In this document: one piece after another, positions 29,948 through 39,559 of the stretch
Position numbering within the stretch: position 1 is the stretch's first letter
How the letters are laid out: each line of letters opens with the position of its first letter
Assembly (NCBI GenBank): GCA_937143345.1
Contig: CAKZRD010000024.1
Coordinates: 1 to 53,855 of the forward strand
Reading direction: 5' to 3'
Length of the DNA stretch: 53,855 nucleotides
DNA from: an uncultured archaeon
GTDB lineage: Archaea > Nanobdellota > Nanobdellia > Pacearchaeales > GW2011-AR1
Position numbers and translations under genes: made by a program
The notes under the pieces: model-generated
What the model was told of the DNA's origin: nothing
Databases searched by the model: none
Seen by the model: the letters and a program-made list of their open reading frames with translations, nothing else

Positions 29948-30664
29948 TCATTCATCAGAAAGATTATTAATTATTTTTGAAAAAAAGTTTTTTGATTTCT
30001 TTTTTTCTTCATTCTCATTATTTTTGTTTAATCTTTTTTTTAAGTAAGCTAGTTGTCCTCGTAAAGAAAAAACTTGCTTTTTCCTTTCTTCCTCTATTTC
30101 TTCAATTTTCCTCTTAAAATCATCTATTAAATCTCTTTTCTCTTTTTCAAAATTTTCTTTTTGTTCTTTCAGTTTTTCTTCGACAAAACCTTTTAAAATA
30201 TCAGTTTTTTTCTCGTTTTCTTCGATTTCTTTTCTAAAAGAACTTTTTACCAAAATTAATTCTGATTTTGTTTTTTCAATTTCTTTTTTGAAAAAATTCT
30301 TTTGTTTTGAGAAGTTAAGTTCGATTTTCTTATTAAAAAGATCAAATATTTCTTTTTCTAACTGTTTTTTTATATCGTTCTTTGAAAGCTTTTTTTCTAA
30401 ATCATCTATAATTTTTTCATTATTTTTTATTCTTTCTTCAAAACTCTTTAATTCTTTTTTAGAAGAATCTTCTATTTCTTTTATCTTTTCAAAAATTTTT
30501 TCTTTATTTATTAATTCTTTTAAATTGTTTAGTGAGTTAATTATTTCGAGGTTGTCTTTTTTTATGAGGCTAAAAGATCTTCTTAATTTTTCTTCAATTA
30601 TAAAAACTTGTTTATCTATTATTTTTTTTGCAATTTCTTCAAAATATTCTTTTGTGCTTACCAT
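29948..30664 (-). CDS. K/E-rich coiled-coil protein
   Basis: 238 aa with heptad-like charged repeats. It overlaps the upstream surface-protein gene by 7 nt. Confidence 0.5.
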   Translation of the reverse strand: MVSTKEYFEEIAKKIIDKQVFIIEEKLRRSFSLIKKDNLEIINSLNNLKELINKEKIFEKIKEIEDSSKKELKSFEERIKNNEKIIDDLEKKLSKNDIKKQLEKEIFDLFNKKIELNFSKQKNFFKKEIEKTKSELILVKSSFRKEIEENEKKTDILKGFVEEKLKEQKENFEKEKRDLIDDFKRKIEEIEEERKKQVFSLRGQLAYLKKRLNKNNENEEKKKSKNFFSKIINNLSDE

Positions 30665-32103
30665 TTTAATAATATCAAAATCAATATTATTAAAAGGATT
30701 ATTGCAAACAAAAATATAACAATAAAAAAGGATAGGTAATCAAAACTATCTTTCTTTTCTGAAAATTTTTCATTTAATTCTATCTTTTGTTCTGGTTGGT
30801 AAATCCTATCTGTGTATGAAATATTGTTTTGAATACTATTATAATAAAAATCTTTATTGGTATTTCTTTTTTTTGTTTTAACCTCTTCTAAAATGTTTCT
30901 TCCTTCGTTTTGTTGAGTTAAATTAACATAAAAAATTACAAAATCACATGCAGTCCCATTTTCATTTGTTCCGCAAACAACTAAATTGTGGCTTCCATTT
31001 GTTAAGTTGGTTAAATAATCTCCAGGAAAAAAACTTTTGTTTCCAATATTATCTAAATTATAAACCCAACTAGATATTATTTGGTTTGATGTTGCATTTA
31101 TGACAATAGAGCTGACATTATAAAAAGTATTATTTTGTGGAGAAATTATTTTTACAGAAAGGTTTGTAAAAAACTCTTCGTTGAAAGAACATGGCATTTC
31201 TCTATATTCGTAATAATTTATATTTGGAGCACAAGAATAAGTGTCATAAGATACTAAAATTCTCCCTTGAAGTATTGTATTGTTTGGTCTACAAAAAGTT
31301 ATGTTTTCCCAATTGCTCCAAGTCGTATTTATATAATTTGGACCAACTAAACGATATTCGTAATAAGTTTTATTTTGGAATGTACCACAGTTATTTGTGT
31401 CATACTCAATTCTAAATCTCGACTGATTTCTATATAAATTATTAATACAACCTAAATTTTGCCATTCGCTCCAAGATGTATTTTTTATATCTAGAGCACA
31501 TTGTATTTGGCAATTAGTAATAGCCGGAGTCCCGTCTTCACAATAGACAAGATTTTCATCAGGAATACACGAAGAAACCCTAAAATTAACAGAATTAAAT
31601 GAATTTCCATTTCCTTTTATCCAAATTTGAGAAGATGGATTTCCTGAAAAAGTGTTTTTAAATACACAACTTTTATAACCTCCCCCAAGGTCAGCTCCGT
31701 TTCTACCTCCTACTTCAAATCCATTTGAGATTGCGGCTATAAATGTTTCTCCAGTTTCATACCCTGTATTATCAAAATAATTTTTTATTATTAAATAATA
31801 ATTTCCATTGGTTAAAGGAAAATTCTTTCCTATAGCAGCACCGCCATAAAGCAAACAACCATAAGGTCCAGGAGACTCACCGCATATTAATCCATACCTT
31901 CTAGGAGCATTTGGTATTTCTTTATACCAATCCAATCCTAATAAAGAATTAGAACAAGATCTATAATTCCCCCCACAAACAACATAGTCGTTTTTTGTTC
32001 TCCAATTTTGCCACTCAGAATCATAAGAAGAAACAAAACTAAAAAATAGAAAAATAACTATTAAAAAGCATACTAACAATATTCTATTTTTTTGTAATTT
32101 CAT
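30658..32103 (-). CDS. Cysteine-rich, N-glycosylation-sequon-rich surface protein with a C-terminal TM anchor
   Basis: 481 aa. It has an N-terminal signal peptide, a C-terminal hydrophobic anchor, more than a dozen N-x-S/T sites and two internal WSxW...C repeats. Confidence 0.65.
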   Translation of the reverse strand: MKLQKNRILLVCFLIVIFLFFSFVSSYDSEWQNWRTKNDYVVCGGNYRSCSNSLLGLDWYKEIPNAPRRYGLICGESPGPYGCLLYGGAAIGKNFPLTNGNYYLIIKNYFDNTGYETGETFIAAISNGFEVGGRNGADLGGGYKSCVFKNTFSGNPSSQIWIKGNGNSFNSVNFRVSSCIPDENLVYCEDGTPAITNCQIQCALDIKNTSWSEWQNLGCINNLYRNQSRFRIEYDTNNCGTFQNKTYYEYRLVGPNYINTTWSNWENITFCRPNNTILQGRILVSYDTYSCAPNINYYEYREMPCSFNEEFFTNLSVKIISPQNNTFYNVSSIVINATSNQIISSWVYNLDNIGNKSFFPGDYLTNLTNGSHNLVVCGTNENGTACDFVIFYVNLTQQNEGRNILEEVKTKKRNTNKDFYYNSIQNNISYTDRIYQPEQKIELNEKFSEKKDSFDYLSFFIVIFLFAIILLIILILILLKW

Positions 32104-32224
32104 AGTAATAACTTAAAAAAAAGCTTATTTTTAAATCTTTCTATTTGTAATAACTATTTAATAGCTACATTTTTTAAAAGTAAAAAAGCATTAGATTTAT
32201 AAACAAAAATTTCAAGTTTTTTTT

Positions 32225-32608
32225 ATGGTATTTAAATTTAATGTGTCTCACAAAGGAATTACGAAAAAATACGAAACAGAAAATGAAGAAATTATTGGTT
32301 TGTCTATCGGAGATAAAATTAAAGGAGAAAGTATCTCCTCTGAATTAGATGGATATGAATTAGAAATAACAGGAACATCTGACAAAGCAGGTTTTCCAGG
32401 AATTTCCAATATACAAGGGCCATTTTTGAAAAAAGTTATTCTAAAGAAAGGGAAGGGTATGAAAGATAATTACGAAGGAATAAGGAGAAGAAAAACTGTT
32501 AGGGGAAAAGAAATATCTTTAGAAACTGTTCAGATTAACACAAAAGTTATAAAAGAAGGAAAAAATAAAGCACAAAATCTATTTAAAAAAGAAGAAAAAA
32601 CAAACTAA
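32225..32608 (+). CDS. rps6e: 30S ribosomal protein S6e
   Basis: 127 aa. GYELEITGTSDKAGFPG and RRRKTVRG are present. Confidence 0.9.
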   Translation: MVFKFNVSHKGITKKYETENEEIIGLSIGDKIKGESISSELDGYELEITGTSDKAGFPGISNIQGPFLKKVILKKGKGMKDNYEGIRRRKTVRGKEISLETVQINTKVIKEGKNKAQNLFKKEEKTN

Positions 32609-32718
32609 TTTTTATAAAATTATTATACAAACTCTTAATTTGACTCTCTCTAAATAAATTTTATTTAATAACAATTTAATTAGCAAAAATTTATTAACTC
32701 TTTTTTTTATTTTGTTTT

Positions 32719-33333
32719 ATGGAAATTATAAAAGAAGTTCTAAAAAATTTAAGTGAATTAATTAATAGTCTAAACCCTAACATTTCTTTAATCGTAAAAA
32801 TATTTTTATTATTTCTTTCAATTACTTTTTATGCTGTTTTTGTTTATTTTTCTTGTTTTGTTTTTTCGAGAAAAAATCTTCTTGATTTCAATTTAATGAA
32901 AAAAGCAAGTCAAAATTCTGCTGTTTTATCTTTTTTTAGTTTTTTTCTTTATATTCTTGAATATATGATAATCATCCCAATTTTTGTTTTTTTATGGTTT
33001 TCTTTTTATTCGATAATTCTTTTTTTAGTGTCAAATAATTTATCATCTAATCAAATTCTCCTTATTTCTACAGCACTTATTTCTTCTATAAGAGCAACAT
33101 CCTTTTTTAAAGAAAAAATTTCCGAGGATCTTGCCAGCATTGTCCCAATGTCTTTTTTAGGTTTAATCTTGATTGGTGAAAGATCTCTTTCTTTAAATTT
33201 AATCTTAAATAAAATTTCAGAAGTCCGCGTTTTAATCAGTTTTTTACCAATTTATCTTTTATTTATTTTTTCCTTAGAAATGATTTTCAGACTAATAGAG
33301 GCTTTTAGAATATTTATTTTAAAAATAGAATAG
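32719..33333 (+). CDS. Multi-pass membrane protein
   Basis: 204 aa and hydrophobic. No family recognised. Confidence 0.4.
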   Translation: MEIIKEVLKNLSELINSLNPNISLIVKIFLLFLSITFYAVFVYFSCFVFSRKNLLDFNLMKKASQNSAVLSFFSFFLYILEYMIIIPIFVFLWFSFYSIILFLVSNNLSSNQILLISTALISSIRATSFFKEKISEDLASIVPMSFLGLILIGERSLSLNLILNKISEVRVLISFLPIYLLFIFSLEMIFRLIEAFRIFILKIE

Positions 33334-33362
33334 TTTTTAAACAAACTTTTATTTTATTTTTT

Positions 33363-34568
33363 ATGAAAGAAGATTTAGAGGTAATTAATGTCGGAATTTT
33401 TGGTCATATAGACCACGGAAAAACAACATTACTATATCGTCTCACTGGAAAATGGGCAGATGAACATTCAGAAGAATTGAAAAGAGGAATAACTATCAAA
33501 TTAGGTTATGCAGATGTTATTGTTAAAAAAAAATCTGACGGAAAAATTACTTTAAACATAAATGAAGAAGGCAAACCAATAAGACAAATAACTTTTGTTG
33601 ATGCACCTGGTCACGAAATGTTAATGGCCACAATGCTTTCTGGAGCAGCAATTGTTGATGCAGCAATACTTGTTATTGCAGCAAATGAAGGAATAAAACC
33701 ACAAACAAGAGAGCATTTCCTTGCTTTAGAAGCAAAAAAAGTCCCTTATTTAATAATAGCACAAAATAAAATAGACTTGGTTTCAGAAGAACAAGCCATG
33801 AAAAACTATAATGAAATAAAAGAATTTATTAAAGGGACCTCTTACGAAAATTCTCCAATAATTCCGCTATCTGCTCAGCAAAATATTAATCTTGATGTTT
33901 TAATAGAAGAGATTTGTAAGATAAAAATAAAAGAAAAACTTAAAGAAGAAGACCCTATATTTTTTGTAGCAAGGAGTTTTGATATAAACAAGCCAGGAAC
34001 CCCCTTAAAAAAACTTCATGGTGGTGTTTTAGGCGGAGCCTTAAAAAGAGGAGTTCTGAGGGTTGGGGATACAATCGAAATAAAACCTGGAAGATTAGTT
34101 AAAAAACAAAATAAAAATTTTTACGAAACCATCAATACAAAAATTGTTTCTATAATGAGGGGAAACCTTTCTTTAAAAGAAGCGAGCCCGGGGGGAAGTC
34201 TTTCTCTAGAAACAACCCTTGATCCAATTTTAACAAAATCAGATTCTCTTGTTGGTAGAACGATATCTATCAAGGGAAAATTACCAGAAATTTCCGAGGT
34301 TATTTTTATTAAACCAATTTTGTTTAAAGAAATATATGAAGCAGAAGAAAAAATAATTCCAGAAAAAATAAAAATTGGCGAAATACTAATGTTAAACATT
34401 GATTGTTTGACGACAGTTGGTACCGTTAATCAAATAAAAGAAGATACTCTTTCTATCCAACTGAAAATTCCTGTTGTCCCTTTAAAAGGAGAAACTATTG
34501 GAATAGCCAGGAATATAAAGGGTCACTGGAGATTAATTGGTTATGGGGAGCTAAAAGAAGATTTTTAA
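33363..34568 (+). CDS. eif2g: Translation initiation factor 2 subunit gamma
   Basis: 401 aa. The GTPase motifs GHIDHGKTT, DAPGHE and NKID are present, with a/eIF2-gamma domain architecture. Confidence 0.9.
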   Translation: MKEDLEVINVGIFGHIDHGKTTLLYRLTGKWADEHSEELKRGITIKLGYADVIVKKKSDGKITLNINEEGKPIRQITFVDAPGHEMLMATMLSGAAIVDAAILVIAANEGIKPQTREHFLALEAKKVPYLIIAQNKIDLVSEEQAMKNYNEIKEFIKGTSYENSPIIPLSAQQNINLDVLIEEICKIKIKEKLKEEDPIFFVARSFDINKPGTPLKKLHGGVLGGALKRGVLRVGDTIEIKPGRLVKKQNKNFYETINTKIVSIMRGNLSLKEASPGGSLSLETTLDPILTKSDSLVGRTISIKGKLPEISEVIFIKPILFKEIYEAEEKIIPEKIKIGEILMLNIDCLTTVGTVNQIKEDTLSIQLKIPVVPLKGETIGIARNIKGHWRLIGYGELKEDF

Positions 34569-34590
34569 ACTTAAAAATATAAATAATTTT

Positions 34591-35397
34591 ATGGTTGGTG
34601 ATAATAACTTGAAAGATCAAGAAATCATTCTAAAAAAATACCTTTCTTTTTTTTTCAACAAAAAATCTTATGATGAATTAAAAAAAGAAGTTATAGAAAA
34701 AGGTTATTCTTTAGAGCTTTTTGATAAAACCTACAACGAATTTAAACAATCACGAATTGGAAAAATTCCTTCTTTTGATTTTAACGAAATAAATAAGATA
34801 CAAAATCAACCAAATATTGACAAATCACAAATAAAACAAGATAATCAATCTCAATATCTAAAAAAAATAGACGACCAATTATTAGAAAAAAAACTTTTTT
34901 CTCAGATTAAAGACGGAAAAGAAGTAGTTATGATTCCAGTTGAAAAAAAAGAATTAGAAAGAGTTTTAAAAGAAAAAAGTCCTAAAAATTTTTTTGTACC
35001 TTCTTCTATAATGACTTATGTCTTTTCTTTAATTTTGCTTATTGCTTCTTTTTATTCTTTATATAACAGCTTTTCTTTGAAGAATATAACTTCTCCACCT
35101 GATAGTGGTGTAGAAATTAAATCGTCTTTCTTCGAAATAGGTTATCCTTTAGTTTTTATATCTGTTTCTGCTATAGACGAAAATCCTTTAAAAATAAATT
35201 TTTTTTATTTATTAGTTGATTTTTTTATTTATTTAGTTGTTGCATATATAATTGATATTTCAATTAGGGCATTTATTTTTTCAATAAAAGAAAATATAAA
35301 AGCGGTTAACAAAGAAGAAAAAGAAAATTTAAATTTCAATAATTTTCCCTCTAACCCCAACATGAAAGACTTTCGTTTTTCTAAACATAGTTTCTAG
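34591..35397 (+). CDS. Hypothetical membrane-anchored protein
   Basis: 268 aa. The N-terminal half is soluble and the C-terminal part has TM segments. Its 3' end overlaps the convergent gene by 69 nt. Confidence 0.4.
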   Translation: MVGDNNLKDQEIILKKYLSFFFNKKSYDELKKEVIEKGYSLELFDKTYNEFKQSRIGKIPSFDFNEINKIQNQPNIDKSQIKQDNQSQYLKKIDDQLLEKKLFSQIKDGKEVVMIPVEKKELERVLKEKSPKNFFVPSSIMTYVFSLILLIASFYSLYNSFSLKNITSPPDSGVEIKSSFFEIGYPLVFISVSAIDENPLKINFFYLLVDFFIYLVVAYIIDISIRAFIFSIKENIKAVNKEEKENLNFNNFPSNPNMKDFRFSKHSF

Positions 35398-35928
35398 TCC
35401 CTCTGCTTCATGAATGTGGGAACATAAAACAACTTCGGGGGAATATTCTTCAATAATTTTTTTTAAGAGTCCACTTCCTTCTATTCCAGAAAATTCTGCC
35501 GAAGATTTTTTAGGATGCAAATGTGAAACAATAACTTTTTTTGTTTTTCTTTTTTTTATGTTATTTAAAATACTTCTTAAAGAATAAAAGTCCTCTTTTT
35601 TATGGTTAAAATTTAAGTTCGAATTACCAAAACCAACAATATCTAAATTTTCTTTTTTGTGGTATTTTAGATGAATATTTTTTAAAGAATATTCTTCTTC
35701 TAAAAACTTAATGTCTGGATCAAAATCCCAATTTCCTGGGACAAAAACAACTTCAAGTCCTCTTTTTTTAAATGGTGTTATTATACTTTCTTTTCTTAAT
35801 GGGTGAGTTAAATCTCCGCACAAAACAACTAAATCAACTTTATATTTTTCTCCTTTTTTTGCGAGTTCTTCAGCTACATTATTTCTTCCGTGGATATCTC
35901 CTGCTGCTAAAATTTTTATTTTTTTCAT
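35329..35928 (-). CDS. Calcineurin-like metallophosphoesterase (YfcE/MJ0936-like)
   Basis: 199 aa. AAGDIHG, LCGDLTH, PGNWD and CSHIHEA are present. Confidence 0.75.
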   Translation of the reverse strand: MKKIKILAAGDIHGRNNVAEELAKKGEKYKVDLVVLCGDLTHPLRKESIITPFKKRGLEVVFVPGNWDFDPDIKFLEEEYSLKNIHLKYHKKENLDIVGFGNSNLNFNHKKEDFYSLRSILNNIKKRKTKKVIVSHLHPKKSSAEFSGIEGSGLLKKIIEEYSPEVVLCSHIHEAEGLETMFRKTKVFHVGVRGKIIEI

Positions 35929-35962
35929 ATTATTATAAAATTTTTTTTATTTATTAATCTAA

Positions 35963-37162
35963 CTAAACTCGCTTAAAGTTTTCTGTTTTCCATAATTTTG
36001 AATTATCTTTGATAAAAAAAAGGTACTTATTAAAATCCAGTTTTAAATTATTTTTTATTTCACCTAATGCTTCTTTAATATTAGAAAATTTTTTTGGCTC
36101 TCTTTCGAATGCTCTTCTTAAACTCTCTCGTATTATTCCTACACCTAACGGAGCATAATACTCTTCTCTTTCCTCGTGAAAAACAACAACTTTTGCTTGT
36201 TTTCTTATTCTCATTAGATATTCAACGCAAGATAGTCTATCTGCATAATAGGCTCCAATAACATTTTGGCATAGGTTTTTCTTCCGAAAAAAGATTCATG
36301 ATCACTTACAGTTGATGTTTTTGTTCCCCACAAACTACCAGAAAAAGTTGTTTCCATAACCTCAAACTCAAAATAACCAGGTAAAAAAAGAATTCAAACT
36401 GATTTCCATTGTAATACTCTCCGAAAACGAAAAATTCATTTATGCTTGGAAATTCTTTTACTTTTTCTAAAATCTTTTTTCCTATATTATCATCGACAGC
36501 AGTTATTGTTCATCTTATAGGAACAAATTTTCTGTTTTTTTTCATTCCTAAAAGTCCTGTTGAAAAAAGTTTTTGTATATGACTTATTTCTATGTTTGAA
36601 TTATACAATTCTTCTATTGCTTCAGTAGTTTTAACATAATCTTCTGATATAATAGAATCGACTTTTTTTGGAACAATTACATTTTCTTCAATGACTGCTT
36701 TTCTTAATGGAGCAGGATTTGCCATTATTGAAAAAAATTTTGAAGCTGAAAAAGAAATAACTGGCTTATTATAAAGAAAAAACTCTGTCGAAACAGCTTT
36801 ATTTAACGTTGCTAACTCTTGCAAAGTATTTTTTATTCCTTTTTTAAGTTTAATAATATTCTCTTTATTTCTTGCGTAAATCATTTTTGCTCTGTTAGAA
36901 AGAATATTTTTAATAGACATATTTTTTTAACCAATGCTTCTGGCATGGACATTTTTTCTGTTCCTTTTTCTTCATTAGTTGGAAACAAAATTCCGCAAAA
37001 AACATTTGGATAATCATTTCTACCAACGAAAATTTCTGGCGGGCTTTCTCCTGAAAAATGTTCTTTAATTTTTGGAGAAAAATTTTTTATTTTTTCTAGT
37101 ATTCTGCATTTTCCCCTTCCGCATAATCCTTTTCCCCTACATTTTATACATAATTCTTCCAT
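35963..37162 (-). pseudogene. Nre-family (archaeal DNA-repair-associated) gene, fragmented
   Basis: The N-terminal piece (36881-37162) has CIKCRGKGLCGRGKC. The middle piece (36510-36920) ends FVPIR-TGA and then continues in frame as TITAVDDNIG. Further frame changes through 36215-36400 pass LPGYFEFE and then GAYYADRLSCVEYL. The C-terminal piece is 35963-36214. Confidence 0.6.
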
Positions 37163-37698
37163 AACTCAATTTAGAAAAAGAAGTTTATATTGATTATGTT
37201 CTATTCCCAACGAGACAGAAAGTGCTAAAAAATTATATTTCTATTCCAATTTCATAGTGCTTTAATTTATAACCTAATTTTTCATACAAACCAATAGCTT
37301 TTTTGTTTTTTACTCTCACACCCAATCTAATTTTTGTTGTTATTCTCAAGACCAAATTGGAAGCCAAAATATTTTTAATGAAAATGCGAAACCATCTGAT
37401 TATTTATGGCTTGGGGTACAGGACGTAATAAATAAAAAAAATAAGTTTGTTCTTGTCCGGATTATTTTTCTAAGAGATTTATTTGGTGAAGAATTTCATT
37501 TAAGAAGAGAGAGAATAAGTACTAGCGCAGCTTTGGGAGAAATTGGGACAGAAAAGGCATTTAATTCTGTCTTGTTGTTCAGATAACCAAATTCCGTCTT
37601 TCATAATCCACAATAATTTTCTATTATTCCTATCTTGAAATCTTATAATTGAATTTACAACTCTTTAAAGATGAGTATCATGCACAGTTTCGGTTTTT

Positions 37699-38856
37699 CT
37701 ACTCGTTTTTAATTCCTTTACACAAATGTTTAGAATACATTATTGGTTTTGATAGAAATTGGTCAAGAATTTTACCCCATTTTCCTCTTATCTGATTATT
37801 ATATTCATAAGGTATAACTCCTTTATTATGATACTCTTTATCTAAAGGATTCCATTCTCTTAACATCCTTATTCCTTTACTTCCAGGTTTTGAATTAGCC
37901 TCAATTACAACTAAATTGCCATCTTCAGAAAGTACAAAATCTATTCCTATTTCACCCACAGAATAGTCTTTAGAAAAAGCATTAACAACTTTTATTCCTA
38001 ATTTGTTAATATCTCGTTTTATTTTTTTATAATCTTCAAAAACAACATAAGGATCTTGTGGATGACCTTTTTTTCCAATATTTGCTTGTTCGGAATATGG
38101 AGCTCCAACTCTTACATAAAAACAAGTCATTCCTAAATGTCCTTGACTTCCTCTTTGAAATACTGCTCTAAAATCATATACCCGTCCATCAAGACGATCA
38201 ACATGTATACCTTCTTGAACAAGATAATCTTCACCTATATTATATTTAGATAAATAATTTAATACTTGATGTAGACCATTTAACCTCTGTAATTGATTAT
38301 TAGAACTTGAAATAATTAAAAAATCTTCTTTTCCCAATTCTCTTATAACAAATTGGTTTCTCCCTTGTGAGCTGACTCTTTTTTTTACAAATACAAATCC
38401 TTTTCTTTCTAAAAGATCTTCAAGGCATTCTGCTGAAAAAACATGTGTTTCTGGGGTAGATATTCCTCCATTAACAAACACTGAATAAGCCTTAACTTTA
38501 TCTGCACACATTTCTCTAAATTCTGGAGAATTGACAAAAGAAATTCCTGCTTTAGACATAGCATCTACAATTCTAATTCTTCTTTTATCAGAAATATTTA
38601 TTCTATCATATATCACTTGCGGGATTTCACCCAATAGTTCATACATTGATTTGCCATCCCAATATCTAAGATGTACTTTATCCCTGTATGCAATTCGCAA
38701 GTCTAAGTCTTTTTGTAGAACAATCTGAACTAAGCCCACATTTCTTTTTCTTGCTATATCTGCTCTTTCTTTGTATGCTCTCCATGCAGATTCATTTTTT
38801 GCAGATAAAAATCCAACGAAGTTTTCAAAATAACCCTGATCTAACAATTTTACCAT
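37699..38856 (-). CDS. YheC/YheD-type ATP-grasp ligase
   Basis: RVYDFRAVFQRGSQGHLGMTCFYVRVGAP..ANIGKKG and GEIGIDFVLSEDGNLVVIEANSKPG match the YheC/D ATP-grasp pattern. I prefer ATG 38856 (MVKLLDQGYF) over the track's TTG at 38871. Confidence 0.7.
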   Translation of the reverse strand: MVKLLDQGYFENFVGFLSAKNESAWRAYKERADIARKRNVGLVQIVLQKDLDLRIAYRDKVHLRYWDGKSMYELLGEIPQVIYDRINISDKRRIRIVDAMSKAGISFVNSPEFREMCADKVKAYSVFVNGGISTPETHVFSAECLEDLLERKGFVFVKKRVSSQGRNQFVIRELGKEDFLIISSSNNQLQRLNGLHQVLNYLSKYNIGEDYLVQEGIHVDRLDGRVYDFRAVFQRGSQGHLGMTCFYVRVGAPYSEQANIGKKGHPQDPYVVFEDYKKIKRDINKLGIKVVNAFSKDYSVGEIGIDFVLSEDGNLVVIEANSKPGSKGIRMLREWNPLDKEYHNKGVIPYEYNNQIRGKWGKILDQFLSKPIMYSKHLCKGIKNE

Positions 38857-38975
38857 TAATCCCCCATCCAATAATTTGTCTTTTGTCCTGTTGCTTTTCT
38901 GAAAGAATAATTTAAGTCAGAATATTGAATTCTTATATTTCCATCATAATCTTTACCAACTATCATTTTAGCCAT
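38856..38975 (-). CDS. 39-aa small ORF translationally coupled to the ATP-grasp gene (candidate substrate or precursor peptide)
   Basis: Reads MAKMIVGKDYDGNIRIQYSDLNYSFRKATGQKTNYWMGD*. Its TAA shares one base with the ATP-grasp ATG (TAATG). Below the size cut-off of the ORF track. Confidence 0.4.
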   Translation of the reverse strand: MAKMIVGKDYDGNIRIQYSDLNYSFRKATGQKTNYWMGD

Positions 38976-39022
38976 AGATGTCTCATTCTCTCAAAATTCT
39001 TTTTAACATAGTTTGCAATTGT

Positions 39023-39559
39023 TTAATCATCGGTTAAGTCTCCATAAAAATCTGGAACTGAAATAAGAATTCTCACAGATATTATTCTTAGATCTTTTCT
39101 TAAATAAAATATAAAATTTTCTAACTCTCTTTTGAGCTCATTTGCAACTTCTTTTGCCCAATAAGAAGCATCATATCTTTGTAACAACAATCCTATGAAA
39201 TCAGGTCTTTTTTCTCGTTGAACAGAGGCTCTTTTAATATCTCCTATCCATTCTTCAATAGATTGGCTTTTTTGTTCTATTTGATGTAATGAATAATCAA
39301 CAATATAAACTAAATCTCTTATTGATTGTTTGCTATATTGAGTTATTGCTGATCCAAATTTAGAATGATAAGAATAATCTTTCCTTAGAACAGAATCAAT
39401 TCTTTCTTCAAATAACATTAGGTAAATGTGTCTTGATCTATCTCCTGTTTCAAAACAAGGTTGATAATTATAATACTCTGCCATTTCATCTGATATTTGA
39501 TTACAACCGTGATTAGTTTCATTGAAATAACCTATTTCAACTAGTTTTTGTTTTGTCAT
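39023..39559 (-). CDS. Hypothetical protein, cassette member
   Basis: 178 aa. No family recognised. The C-terminus is acidic (DLTDD). ATGA overlap with the upstream gene. Confidence 0.5.
   Translation of the reverse strand: MTKQKLVEIGYFNETNHGCNQISDEMAEYYNYQPCFETGDRSRHIYLMLFEERIDSVLRKDYSYHSKFGSAITQYSKQSIRDLVYIVDYSLHQIEQKSQSIEEWIGDIKRASVQREKRPDFIGLLLQRYDASYWAKEVANELKRELENFIFYLRKDLRIISVRILISVPDFYGDLTDD

Noticed and set aside
5006-37162. Stop-codon reassignment (TGA as Gly or Trp, or TAA/TAG read-through). It was suggested by a TGA at a conserved Gly position in the ABC NBD (about 12685) and a TGA before TITAVDD in the Nre gene (about 36510).
   Set aside because: All three stop codons occur in-frame in the broken genes, and the same genes also carry true frameshifts and catalytic-residue losses. 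More than 50 other ORFs in the window are intact and end normally on TAA, TAG or TGA. Single G-to-A/T substitutions under AT pressure explain the sites.
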